From contig JAMWBK010000001.1 of assembly GCA_029953675.1 (NCBI GenBank), positions 2,418,001-2,482,000 on the forward strand: 64,000 bases of DNA, given 5' to 3'. The notes under the pieces are model-generated. The model searched no databases. It was not told the origin of the DNA and was given only the letters and a program-made list of their open reading frames with translations. Position numbers and translations under genes: made by a program. Below, one piece after another: positions 22,545 to 34,994 of this stretch. The DNA is from Rhodosorus marinus CCMP1338 (Eukaryota > Plantae > Rhodophyta). Each line of letters starts with the position of its first letter. Position 1 is the first letter of the stretch.

Positions 22545-22705
22545 AAAAGCGTAAAAAGTATGAAAAATGTAAAACAAAATGTAAAACGAAACGTAAAACG
22601 AAACGTAAAACAAAAAACAAAATGTACAACGAAACGTAAAACGAAATGTAAAACGAAATGTTAAAAAGTTAAGCAGACTGAAAAAAGTGTAAAAGTGTAT
22701 AAAAG
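22545..22705. repeat. A-rich minisatellite ((c/t)gtaaaacgaaa, ~12-bp unit); a related tract lies at 21375-21450
   Basis: Repeated gtaaaacgaaa units are visible directly. Confidence 0.8.
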
Positions 22706-23371
22706 CCTGGTCCTGCGCGAACGTAGCTAGCTGCAACTAGGAATCGATAGGGGCCTGTTTTTGTTGGAGGGTTGAGTTCCGTGGTTTTCGTCTGCCGCAG
22801 ACTCCAGCGTGGCTTAAATGAAGATAGCGACAAAGCCTTAGGAAACGTCCTTGAAACCCTCCGCGTGCGAGCTCTGGCGAACTACTCGTTTTCCTCGAAT
22901 CAGGACGTTGTCGCTTTTGGGCCACGTCTGGAGAGAGAGAGAGCCGTCGTCTAGTTGTGGACGAATGAAACGCCTCTGCTTTTAGGAACAAGACAAAGTG
23001 CATTTGTCGATGCTGATGTTCATCCGGAGATTGAAAAAAGAAAACCGAAGGTATAAAGACTACGGAAGGCGAAGATTCCGCGCTCGAGCATCAAACCCGC
23101 GTTCATGCACCACCCACAAAAAAATTTTCAGACCGGTAAGCAGCAAGGCATTATCAGCGATTGCTACTTCGAGAGTTTAGCAATCGACTGTGCTAAACAG
23201 TTTACTGTTGAAGACGCATGTTAAGCGCTTTCGTGTTGGAACATCGTCGAAAACTAATTCACTGTCAGCTTCCCAGCTCGCACCACCAGCATGGCCAAGA
23301 AGACCATGCTTAAGGGGATCGGGTGCGGCCACTCCAGTTTTTCATGTGGAGCCGGTACACACACTATAGGA

Positions 23372-23853
23372 CCTGGCAGCGATTTCAAACCTTTCGCGAT
23401 TCGGTGGTGACATACCGGCTTGTCCCCCTCATTATTGAGTGCTTTGGATTTATTGATAGTGTAGGTTCTCGCTGGCTGCGAGGTCTCTTTCGCAACGACC
23501 AGGGCGTCTAGATAGTATGCTCACGGAGCTTTCTTTGAGCCTGTGGCGCTCACATGCTGGTTTGTTTGTAGACGCGCGTCATCAGCGTCTTGTCTCTTGC
23601 TTCTCAGGGTAGTTAGGCTCTGAATAAACGGACCACTATAGGAACCATTCGTCATCGAGTGCTTGGTTTTGTTGATAGTGTAGGTTCCCGTTGGCTTCGT
23701 GGGCTCTTTCGGACCAACCCAGGTCGTCTTGATAGCCTCCTCACAGAGCTGTCCTTGACCTTGTGGCGTTCCAACGCTGCTCTATTGTTGGACGCGCGTC
23801 ATCAGCGTCTTGTTTCTCGCTTCTCAGGGTAGTTAGGCTCTAAATAAACGGAC
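23372..23853 (+). mobile_element. Two head-to-tail family C RLE 3' ends (23372-23633 and 23644-23853)
   Basis: YRLVPLIIECFGFIDSVGSRWLRGLF. The 3' UTR gacgcgcgtcatcagcgtcttg..cagggtagttaggctct is distinct from family A. The first copy is flanked by cactatagga at 23362-23371 and 23634-23643. Confidence 0.85.
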
Positions 23854-25692
23854 GCATGGGAACTTCACACCTCTATAGTTTTTATAAGCTTTTTCAAGGA
23901 TAATCCTTAAGCACGGGAGTGACGCCTCCTTGGCTAACCATCCAACGTCCAACACGGCCTTTACCTCGACAGAAAGGAATACATGCTAACCATGCTTCCT
24001 TGTTCTTGGTCAGCAGCACTGCTTCTGCTAGAGAGGCGGCCCACCACCCCATGGCTTACACAGGAGAACTTCAGACAGCCCTCCGCTCGCGCAGTGCCAA
24101 AAAACACTCAACTCTGTGCTGCTTTCTTTCTTTGATTCCGCGAAAGCTGTGGAGCGGTGTAAGCTCAAAAATTTACTAAGCGACGGCGCCCTCAATCTCT
24201 CTATTAGATACCATTCAATGGAACATGCAACCTTTAAAGGGGGGATGAGGAATACACAACGGACACTCCAAACCCCCGCTAATTACACGCAAAATATTTA
24301 TTCCTAATTCTCGAATCGAATTGAACCCCGCCCTCATAGTTTCACATTTTCTTAGCAGAGAAGGAAGGGGGAGAAAGTCCTCAGTCCAGGGACCGTTGAG
24401 ATAGTGTTTTCGGAGCGGGCAAAGGGAATTGATCTACCAAGATATGCCAGCTTGCCTGCCTGTCATTCAAATCACCTGAAAACTAGGCCTTGGGTGCAAG
24501 GATTACAAACCGCTTGTGTATTTTACATTCAAATTAATTTCTGGTTTATGATTTTTGTGGGGAACTCCGTCGTAAACTGGCTTTACTAGCATTGCCCTAC
24601 CCCTCCACCCACCCCCCAAAAAAGAGTCAAATGCTTCTTATCATACTACTACTAAATCCGTCAACTCGTGAACTGGAAGAAGACGATTTTATTACGACAA
24701 ATCAAAACCATGGAAGCAAGAATTGCCAATAGAATTCGAGGGTGGAAACCGCCATTGGCGATTGTTTTAGCTCGAAATCAAGGATCGCCGGGGGGGGAGG
24801 GGGCCGGGATACTACTGTGCTACTGGGGAGTGAACTGCGCCATGGGACGTGGTGAATACTATTGGGAGTGGGTGGGGATGATGGTTGTGGGGTTAGCGAA
24901 ACAAGCACCAATTGGTAGCAAGCAGCCGGTGACGTATAGAACAGGAGCAAGATAGAAGGATGAGCACGGACGGTTTACCCTGGGGTTCCCCCCCGACACC
25001 TGACCTGTCCAAAAACAAAAAGCACGATTCCCCGTGTGATGAACGTCACTTGCTTTTTTACTGTTCCTCTTCATGGATATCAAGAGAGGATGTTCAAATA
25101 GGTAATTCCCTGCGGGGTTTTTGGGCGGAATTGTATTATTTTTTTGAGCATGAAGAGCTGGAAGGTCACAGCCGATTAGCGGCATATCAAATTCAAAAGA
25201 CTGTGTCCCCTAGATTCCTTCCTCCAGTGTCACAGCACCCTTTCGTTTGTTTTCGAACGGAGAAATGAGGGGGCTTTCGCGCAAGGTTTCAGGTGCAACT
25301 CAGCCTGTGCTGTAGAGAAGATGGTTTGGGCATAGGGCACTGTGGTCCCCTCCAGCATGTTGAAGAAGCTCCGTCGCATGGCCTCCGAATTGCGAATCAA
25401 CTCCAAGACTCCTGACCAGGCTTTGCGCATATCTGTAACGACAAAAAATTTTCTCTATTGATAGAGCGTTTGGCTCTAAGATTTGCCAAAGACTTTGGTT
25501 GGGGTCAGATTCGTTGTTCCGAAAGCGCGTCCACTGCTGCTTTGGACACTGGCATCACAAAAGCGCCTCATCACCGAAGGCATACATAAATGGTATGAGC
25601 CCGCTGAGATACGGGTGTGACCGGGAGATGGGGCATAGTATCTTACGATCATGAGTGTCGGGTTAAGAAGAAGCTTTACGAATTTGAGCAAA

Positions 25693-26667
25693 ATGGCGAA
25701 GAAAATGCAGGCGTATCACTATTACAAGTATGGAGGCCCTGAGGAGATGATCCTGAAGGAGGTTGACATGCCCGTACCAATGGACAAGGAGGTCTTGGTG
25801 AAAGTCGAGGCTGCGTCGTTCAATGCAATGGACTGGCGACTTCTGCGAGGAGATCCGTGGTTGGTTAGACTGGCAATGGGCTTGCGCAAGCCCGCGAAAC
25901 CACAGCTGGGCTCGGACCTTGCGGGAACAGTGGTTGCCGTTGGAAAAAAGGTGACACAGTTCAAGGTCGATGACCATGTCTTTGGGACTGCGCGCCTTGG
26001 TGCTTTCGCAGAGTACGCTTGTACGCCCGAGGACAGGCTTATCATCAAGCCTAAATCTACTTCCTTCGAGGAGGCGGCGGCTCTTCCAATAGCGTGTGGA
26101 ACAGCTATTAAGGCCGCCGTCGACTACGCTAACATCCAACCAGGCGAGAAGGTGCTCGTTATTGGAGCTTGCGGTGGCGTGGGTTCATTCTGCATGCAGC
26201 TGGCAAAGTCTCTTGGAGCTCACGTCACGGCAGTATGCAGAACAGCAAACGTTGATATGGCAAAGTCGTTGGGAGCAGATGAAGTGTTCGATTACACAAA
26301 AGAAGACGTCTGCAAATCAGGAAAGGTGTTTGATTCGGTGCTGGACAACGGCCTCTTTCGGTCCATGTTCGACTACAAGGCCGTCATGAACCCAGAAGGA
26401 AGTACTTACTTGCTCATAGGCGGTTCTGGAGACAAGTTCGTCCCGGCGTTGTTTCAGGCTCCACTCGTCTCAATGTTCAGCAAGATGAAGTTCAGGATTG
26501 TCAACTTCGAGCTCACCCAAACTGAGCTTCAGAGGTGTCTCGGATCAGTAGAGAGCGGTAAGGTCAAGCCGGCGATCTGCAAGAGGTACAAGTTCAACGA
26601 AATCCCCGCCGCCATGGCCTATGCCGAGAAGGGCCACGTGCAGGGCAAGGTCGTTGTAAATATGTGA
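25693..26667 (+). CDS. Second MDR-family NAD(P)-dependent oxidoreductase paralog; intronless
   Basis: YGGPEEMILKEV, SFNAMDW, GSDLAGTV, GAFAEY, VLVIGACGGVGSF, GKVVVNM. Colinear with 19272-20249. Confidence 0.9.
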   Translation: MAKKMQAYHYYKYGGPEEMILKEVDMPVPMDKEVLVKVEAASFNAMDWRLLRGDPWLVRLAMGLRKPAKPQLGSDLAGTVVAVGKKVTQFKVDDHVFGTARLGAFAEYACTPEDRLIIKPKSTSFEEAAALPIACGTAIKAAVDYANIQPGEKVLVIGACGGVGSFCMQLAKSLGAHVTAVCRTANVDMAKSLGADEVFDYTKEDVCKSGKVFDSVLDNGLFRSMFDYKAVMNPEGSTYLLIGGSGDKFVPALFQAPLVSMFSKMKFRIVNFELTQTELQRCLGSVESGKVKPAICKRYKFNEIPAAMAYAEKGHVQGKVVVNM

Positions 26668-26789
26668 AGATATTACAAGAAGTGACACAATAGGTGAAGA
26701 TATTACCAAAAGCGACGCAAGCTCAGCGAAATCCCTGCTGCAATGGCCTATGCCGAGAGGTCCACATGCGGGGCAGAGGTTTACCCTGA

Positions 26790-26975
26790 GTCGTTAGACT
26801 TTCAACCGTAGCTGTTCTCGTTGGCTTCGTACGCTCTTTCGTCGCAACCCAGGGGGGCCTGAGGGTCTCCACTCGGAGCTCTTTTCGACCCTCTGGCGTT
26901 CCAACTCTGCTTTATTCTTGGACGCGCGTCATCAGCGTCTTGTTTCTCGCTTCCTCAGGGTAGTTAGGCTCTGAA
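26790..26975 (+). mobile_element. Family C 5'-truncated 3' end
   Basis: Same 3' UTR as the 23.4-23.9 kb copies (gacgcgcgtcatcagcgtcttgtttctcgcttc..agggtagttaggctctga). Confidence 0.85.
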
Positions 26976-27638
26976 CAAGCTGGTGATGCTAAGTATACAA
27001 ACTAAATTTTAACAAGGGGCATGCCTCAATGCTATGTTGCCCCGAAATTTGCCACGAAATCAAGGGAGACCCATCGAAGTTTAATCCTAGTATTGGGATT
27101 CAACCTTAAAGCGGGCATGCCCGCCCAGTCTCCGCCTCCATGTGGACCTTACTCGTCCCCACCTTATAAAATTAGCTTAGTACAGATAGTACTATATATT
27201 TCTCTTATAGTACATCCTTTCTATACTGTAAGGCCTCTGAGTCAAAATCGAACAGTCACCCTGAGGCTAATATTTTCTTCGTGGCCACCCAAATATGTGT
27301 GTGTCAACCGCTGCGATGATGCTCAGTTAGATTTGGGTGTGTTGATCTGATCGTGCTCTTAGTCTGCAACAAGCCCAGTCTTGTGGTCGCAGGGTCGTTG
27401 AGCAACTCCTTTTTGTTTGGACGATTGCCAGACATTCCACAGGGATCCGGTGAGCGGTTGGTGTGGTGAACCTGAAAGCAGAAAGTGCACAGTTTTCGGC
27501 ACTGCCTTGGTTTTTGGGTTGAGTAGGAAGCGGTCCTAGAGAGAATAAGTGCGGAGCATAAAGAGGCAGAAAGCGTTCGACGGGTTACATCAAAGGCGAG
27601 CTCTGCGAATGATGAATGTCAGTATTTCGGATGTACGT

Positions 27639-28375
27639 ATGAAAGTCCTTCAAAAGGCACGTCGAGCAGCAGCCGCCGCCTTTTGGGTGGGCGCCGGCAT
27701 TACAGGGGGATGGATCTACAAACAGGCATCAGACGTATGTTGGATAGAAGCAAACCTTACGCTCTCCGTGCTGGATGGGTTTTGTGTGAGCGATTGCTAA
27801 TTTGTAGTTTCTCGAACCAGTGTTCTATTGTGTCTCTCAGTCTCAATTCGTTGCTCTTCAAAGCAAAAGAGGCGGAACGAGGACGCCGGGAGGTTGGGAC
27901 AGACTGTTTTGAGTATAAAGTCGACCCGAAGTTGGTTGAAGGAGTGACTGCTGAAGAGTTCGGAAGAGCTTTTGCGCGATCGTCTTTTTTCAGTTTTGAA
28001 CGGAAGCTGGGGACGTTATTGGGGACGGGGAAGACAAGGACGGATGAGGAGCTCAAGAAGTTTAAGTTCAACAAGGGTAGAGAGGTTGCAATTACTTTTG
28101 TGGTCTATGAGACGAGACCTGAGACAGGCGAGCTTTTGTGGCGGACTTCGGATGCGATGGATGGTTATTCATGGATGCAGGTGGACGCAGAGAGAGGTGT
28201 TTTCCGGTTTGGTTCTGGATGGAACGCCGGAGACAAGTGGCTTATCGCGTTTCTTCCCATCCACAGAGTCTATTCCCGAATTCTTCTGAAATCCGCTGTC
28301 AAGCGGCTCCTTCTTGATCGGGAGGAGGACTCAGACTTGCCGTCCACCGGTGAAGATGCTCCAACGACTACGTGA
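27639..28375 (+). CDS. Two-exon hypothetical protein (possible organellar targeting peptide; C-terminus resembles DUF2867-like proteins)
   Basis: Exon 1 is 27639-27734. Intron GTATGT..GCTAAT..CAG spans 27735-27820 and joins in frame to exon 2, which ends FLPIHRVYSRILLKSAVKRLL...TTT. Confidence 0.6.
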
Positions 28376-28957
28376 GATTTTGGTCTGGGTTTCTGAGACT
28401 TCACAAAGCTGGACGAGAGAACAAGAGTGCGATTTTCTCCCGAAAGATTTGTCGTCCAAAATGTCGCTGTGTACAAAGTAAATTGTGGAAAGATGGACCG
28501 TCTCCTAAGGAGCGTGGTTTTGAAGTACAAGGGTAGATGCGCATTCTATTTTCAACGCGGCTTCCAGTGCCAAACTGGTTCCCAGCTGAACTAATGGACT
28601 TCTATGAGCGTCGGATGCAATACTGCGCACCTGCAGAAAAACTTCCCTACACCAAGCAAAAGCAGACTTTCTAACATCCATATCCGCACTCCTCCGAAAA
28701 GCCCGGCAATCGTGCTTAAGAGAAACTGCGAAATTCGAGAGATTGGCGACCAAATATTACACAAATCAAGAAGGTCCCGAGTCTACGGATCTGATATCAT
28801 CTCGCGGGTTGCTCACGGCCAGCCCACATGCGCATCCATACCACCCCAGCTTGCTGACGCCAAACGAACGTAGTAGCCGATCTGCATGGATGGTGAATAC
28901 CAACATATCAATTTTTAAAGTATTAATAAATTCATGGAATCCCTCCTGCCATGAGGT

Positions 28958-29029
28958 GGGGGCGTGGCGCAATGGTAGCGCGTTTGACTCCAGATCAAAA
29001 GGTTGCGTGTTCGATTCACGTCGCCCTCA
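28958..29029 (+). tRNA. tRNA-Trp (CCA)
   Basis: Acceptor gggggcg/cgccctc; D arm gcgc-aatggta-gcgc; anticodon arm tttga-ctCCAga-tcaaa; T arm gcgtg-ttcgatt-cacgt; T-run terminator downstream. Confidence 0.97.
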
Positions 29030-30064
29030 TCAGATTTTTGGGCTGGTTACCTGGGTTTTTACTTCGTTCGAAGATTACCACTACATATATACGTTGAACA
29101 CCAGCAGTGCATAAAAAAGAGCGTCCGCGTACCCCTAGATTAGAATAGAGGTTACGTAAATCAACGTAAATTTCTAATCTTTTGAAAACTCGAGAACTCT
29201 GAAGAATGTGGACGGGGGGGTATATGCGGTGAAAGGTTACTAATCAATATTTCTCCAGGTCTTACTTGTAATTGCTTTCACTTTATTGTTTAAACGAGAG
29301 AGTGATCCATATTCTAGACGTGAGAAAGACCTGAAACTTGTCCAACAGTTGCAAAAATGGGTCGTGTGTGGCATCCACACTGGGATAGGGGGTGGTATAG
29401 ACTACGACTCGTATAACATTATATAGGACCCCGGACTATGTAACGAGTTTGTGGTCACCACCATCAAGAACGTTCAATAGTTTTGTCATTTGGGGGCACA
29501 TTCAAAAACTGATGGAGCGTTGTTGGTTAGGCTTTTCCCGGTCTAGTTGAAAGCTGGGAATCCATATTTTCCAGAGCAGCAAAGAGTTGTTGTAGTTTCA
29601 ACCGGTAACGGGCTGTGAAACAGTAAAACCTAGAGAGACACTGCCTTGGGCTACCCGTACAACCCATATAACGCCGCCCATGCTGCGTCTGGCCTATCTC
29701 TCTCTTATTCCAAATCCAAAGGTCCCAACTCTGTGTGCGTGTTTGTTTTCTCGAGTCGCTTCGGTTCTTGTCTGTAAGCGTAAGACACCCACTCTCTTAG
29801 TGTGGACTGTCCCGCCGGCACATTTCGGTCTGGCTATAGCCACGCTCAATATATTGAGCGTTCAAGGCAAGAAGGGGTTCTGATTACAATGTATGTGGAC
29901 ATCGGGAAGGTCCTGACCGGCAGATGAGTGCATTCTGCGGCCCCAGGGTGCTGAAACCAGTGAGTTGACTCGAGGGACGGAGCGGCTGCGTACTGGACAG
30001 AATCGGTCTGAACTGGATGTTTGATTGGGACTTTCAAGTTTGAAAAACGTGTTTGTTAATAGTG

Positions 30065-32227
30065 ATGGAATACCAAAGGGTAGGAGGAGAACTAGATCAT
30101 CAAGCAGCTGACGGCGTATTAGGTCGGATGCTGGCGTCTCTCGACGCTTTTCCAAAAACTCTCGAGGACTTCAAGGAACGGACGACTCGAGGAGGATGGA
30201 CCAGTGTGGTCACATCGTCGTTTATCCTCATCCTGCTGATTCACGAGATCACCAGGTTCTGCCAGCCCGAGGTGATCACGTCAATGCATGTGGATGATTC
30301 TCGCGGAGGTCAATTGCACTTGTACATTGATGTAGACTTTCCCTATCTCGCCTGTGCATCCATTGGTATCGATGCCATAGATGGTAAGTCGCAACTCGAT
30401 CATATCATCTTTTGGCCCGACGTCTCTCCGGTTGCTGTAGCTAACTCCTCATGCAACTTTTGTGTGATTCCGCGTTGGTCAGTGTCTGGGAAAGATCAAT
30501 TGGAGATCGAGCACGACGTCTATAAGACTCCGATATCCGTGAACGGCGTAGAGGGTGGCAAAGTCAGGTCAACAAAGGCCCATCAAATGCATAGAACGGT
30601 TCCTGAAGGCCTTCCGGAGAACTACTGTGGAAAGTGCATCCCCGGTGTGATGGTTTGTGCTCCCAGCCAAAGACAACATCTTTTTACGGACGCCTTGCTC
30701 TTCCAAGATTTTGCTAAGTATCAACTCTGGGGCTGCCTGCTCTGCGTCTGGTACTGAATGGCCTTCCCTAACAGTTTCAAGATTCATGGTTTTTCTTTTG
30801 TTATATATAGAAATACGGGACCCGATGCTGCAACACTTGTTCCGACGTTCAGAGAGCGTACGATGACGTTGGTTTGAAGTTGCCTCCATTAGACCATATC
30901 GAGCAGTGTGTTAGGGAAGGCCATTCAGTACCAGATGCAGAGCATGAGCAGGTTTGTTGCATCGCTTGTGACTACCAGACTGTTTAATGGAGAAAGGGCC
31001 TGTGTCTTTCTGGCTCTTAACGCCTTGGCCATGAATCTGTTTTGATCAGGGTGGCTGCAATATTCGGGGGCTCCTCAAGTTCGCCAAAGTCGCTGGAAGT
31101 TTTCACATATCTCCAGGACATAGCGTGGCATTCATGGGTATGGCGTTTCGGGATACGTCAATATTTTTGGAAGGAACTGTTAACCTCACCCATACGATAA
31201 ACCGGTTCAGCTTTGGGACTGTGCGTATTCTCCCGTGCCCTGTTCTCTCGACCTTTGTGAAACGTTCTCGACCGGGCAGCTCTGAGTTGAATTTGCTGAG
31301 CCTCTGTCCGTTGTGTTCTGCTTGGGTTTGATTTGTAGCCGACGGATGAGTTTGATGATGAAGCACTTGCAGATGACTATGTGGCTGCTACGAAAGCGAC
31401 GAGAGCATCGCAGAGAAGGCACAAGATTGTAAGAGTGAATCTGAATTTGGATGACCCTGCCCAGAGCCCGTGGGCTGCATCTAAGAATTCGTTTTCATCG
31501 CTTTCTCACTGCCCTAGAAATCTCACTGGAACTATGAGACCGCGGACCCCTTGGATGGAGTTGAGAAGATATCGATCAAGTGAGTAGACTCTATGTTGAG
31601 AGTCCACAGCAGAGCAGGCCGTGGACTGTCAACGTTGTGCTTGTTTGGTTTTGAGCCTCGGCTCTCCGCGCTCAGTCTTCACGCATGCTCAATCACGTTT
31701 TCCGTCGCCCGTCGCAGGACCGGGCAGTACATGTACTATCTTCAGGTCGTTCCTACAACTTTGCGCAGGGGCTACCAGACGGTTGATTTTGAGCAGTACT
31801 CTGTGACGGAGATATTCAGGTGTGTATCGAACAACCAGAGAAGAAACTGGAAGCGGATAGTTGCTGATTTTCCGAGACTTTCCCTTTGCTGTGCAGGCCA
31901 ACTGAAATCGGCCCGTTCATGGAAGAACTCCCTGGGCTCTTTTTCAGGTACGACATGAACCCGATTCGAGTGGATGTGCAGTACAAGGTATGTAGTCAAA
32001 CAAGCCTAGGGGAGTGGACGGTGCATTCACCGGACTGGATAAGGAACGACCAATTTGACGACTTGTTCTCGTGTACTTTATCTCTGGTTTAGAGACCGCC
32101 CTTCACTCGCTTCTTGGTACGAACGTCAGCGATTATCGGAGGCGTATTTGCGTTTTCCAACCTGATCCATAAGCTCATAGGGCTTGTGCAAGACAGACTG
32201 CGTCCGCGAACGCGGAAGGCACTATGA
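30065..32227 (+). CDS. ERGIC3: ER-Golgi intermediate compartment protein 3 / Erv46-like, multi-exon
   Basis: LDAFPKTLEDFKERTTRGG, NLTHTINRFSFG, YYLQVVPT, QYSVTE, LPGLFFRYDMNPIRV, AIIGGVF. Several GT-AG introns; span approximate. Confidence 0.9.
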
Positions 32228-32935
32228 AACTTGAACTCACGTCTTGCTTGCGCCAACTTGTGAAAACCTGGCCACGGTTCATGCTCTTTTACAGCATCGA
32301 CATGACGGCAGTTCCGCCCGGGGTTTCGGAGATGAGGGATCGCGGGTGACGCGAAAGCTTGGAACAAGCGGAGAAACGATCACTGTTTCGTAGAAATGGG
32401 GACCTCCAGTTGCTCCCGAAGGGGTGACTGACATTCGATGCTTTAGGAAGAAGCTTACTGAAGGGTCCTTCCCGACTTCCACAGCGGATACGCAAGAATC
32501 GCCGCAAAGAGCGCTGGGGTGCACAATTCCGTCTGAACGTATAATTATCGGGATTGATATTTAATCATTATGTCTATATTGATCGTTTTCAATCAATGAT
32601 ACCGAAAAGACTAGAAAGTTATCTGTATTGGTATGTTAGCGTTAGTTTGGCTTGTACTTGTCCGTATATGGGTCAGTAGGTTAAAGCTCGAAGAGCTCCT
32701 GTACACAGGACGATCAAAAGGGTCCTCGGTGGGGATTGATTAAGCCCTCATCTGTCTCCGACGGCTTGGGCTGTCGGCAGCATCGAACACAGACTGTGGA
32801 TGGGATCTGACGCCCTGGAGCACATTCGTAGGATTTGGGTCTCGGGGAAGCGCTCCCGGACCCCAGACAAACGTAACCCTAGCCACAGTCCATTTTTCAG
32901 GTCCACACTGATCCACTCAGTCACTAAGTGGTTGG

Positions 32936-34574
32936 CTACGGCGCTGACTTGACTGAGCTTCTCTTGAGGAACTCGTAAACGGATACCATTACAGTTCCCC
33001 ACAAAGCCACATTGATCATTCTCGGTGCCACACCACGGTAGAAATTAGCGACGCCTCCCTCCCTGTACAATTCTTGGACAATTGATCGTAATCTCGGCGC
33101 TTGATTGCCAGTTTCCTTGCTCTCCATAGTCTTAATCAGAGGATAAGTTCACAGAAATGCTCAGAACTCGAACCCGCCATCGGTGGTCGCCCACACCCAC
33201 AAAACAATCAGGATCCCGCCGAGGGTATAGCCATACGTGCATACCTGTAACCGTGTCTTCACAACGTCCAATGGGTTTGTCAAGAACCCGGAAGTGAGCC
33301 CAGCACACAATGCGGACAAAGTTTGTAGTGCCAGAACGCTTGCTCCCTTTGGCTGCTTCACCGAGACAAATCGAGCAAGGAAACAGTTCCCGAGTGGTCG
33401 GAGTTACGGGAAGGTAAGAATAGACGAAGATCAGCTACGGGGTTGTTTCACGGTCAGAAGCAGTAAACGCAAATGGCTTTTGAGAAGGGCACGGGATTGG
33501 GCTCACCGCTCCATTCGATTCTTTGGTGGGGTTTTCGTCGTCAGCGGAATTTGGCTGGGGTTCATCTCCAGACCTCTCTCTTCGTGAAGAACTTTTGGGT
33601 CCAAAAACACTTTGAAAAAAGATCTCCTTGTAGGCAGCATAGGCGCTCCACCACACGGCGCTGGAAGGCACGTACGTCATCAACGAAATTCCAAAGCCCC
33701 TGTACAAACCTTTAAAACCGTCCGCTGCCAGGAGCTTTCGCACCTGTCAACAGTTGCGCGATAGCAGGTAGCGTGTTCGCGTCAGAACTCCCCTGCCAAA
33801 CGCCAAGCGAAATTCCAAGTTGTGGCGCCATTCATCCTACCTCTTGCAGGCCGCCGTGGGTCTTCCCTTGCTCTCTCTTGCTCACCATAAGGCGCTGGCT
33901 CACAACATCGACGGGAACTACTATTGCCTGTGACGACAGGGACGCGACTCCCCCAGCAAGGAAGCTCGTCATGCCTGCAGTGACGGCATCCGAGGATAGG
34001 CCGATTCTGATGAGGGGAAGAGGGGCTGGACCTTTAGATTGGTGTCATGCGTCCGATGCCGCTGTGGCTCATTCGGGTGGAACTCACCCTTCTACGATCT
34101 TTCCTATAGAGCTCTTCGCGGCTTCGAGGGTGCTGAGATACAGCACCCTCGCCGGGATTGCTCCAAAAATGACTGTCCCGATTCCCCTGTAAAAGCCCAG
34201 AATTCCATTAGTCTGCAGAATAGTTTTCGAAGTATAGTAGGAGCCTCGAAGGCCAGTTCGATGTCCGCTTGGATCATCGAGGACCTAACCAAGTGCACAA
34301 GAGAGAAGTCAGGATCGGACTGCATGATGAGAACGCGTTTACGGCGACGAATCCATGCTGCCCATCAGAGAGAGCAATCCAACACAACACAGAAAAAATG
34401 AGAGGGTATAGGCTCTGACAGGCGATTCCAAGTTACCATCTGCCTGGTCTTTATCACCGACAAAGGGTACAACAACGTGGTTGCCCCAGAGAATAAAAAT
34501 AAACCTGAAGTAAAGAACTTGGCCTTGTCCAATGCCTCCCAGTCCACATCAGCGACATTCCGATCCAGATCCAT
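32936..34574 (-). CDS. Mitochondrial carrier family protein (SLC25A44-like), multi-exon
   Basis: DVDWEALDKAKFF..LLYPLSVIKTRQM, GFKGLYRGFG, LTNPLDVVKTRLQV, GGVANFYRG..YEFLKR. Confidence 0.9.
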
Positions 34575-34994
34575 ACTTCCAAATCTGCCCTTGACCCCTA
34601 TGCCCGCCACCGCTACTTCCACCCTCCCTCTAATGACAAAACAACCTCCTCCAATCAACCCCCGCGGCCCCCAACTTCTCCAATCGCTAATTCACGCCAT
34701 GCTCAAAACCCGTCCTTCCCCGGCATCCCTAGAGCAACAACCCCCAATCCTACCCCAGAAAAAGCAGCCGCCTTGACCAACACATCGATGAGGTTTCTCA
34801 ATCCAAGACGTTCCTCCTCAACCGGATACAGTACCACCACGGCCATCCGACCAAACAGGAGACGATACCCAATGTGCATGCTTGCTTGTCCACCGCCTAG
34901 CCCAGCCTAGGCCTAGCCTAGCCTAGCCAAACGCCATCCATCAACAACCGCACCCACCCCCCGACAGAATAAAATTTCACCCCTTCTCTCTTCT

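Noticed and set aside
34908-34934. (GCCTA)n tract as a telomeric repeat
   Set aside because: It is a single short microsatellite in an intergenic region, unrelated to the 16-mer and to element junctions.
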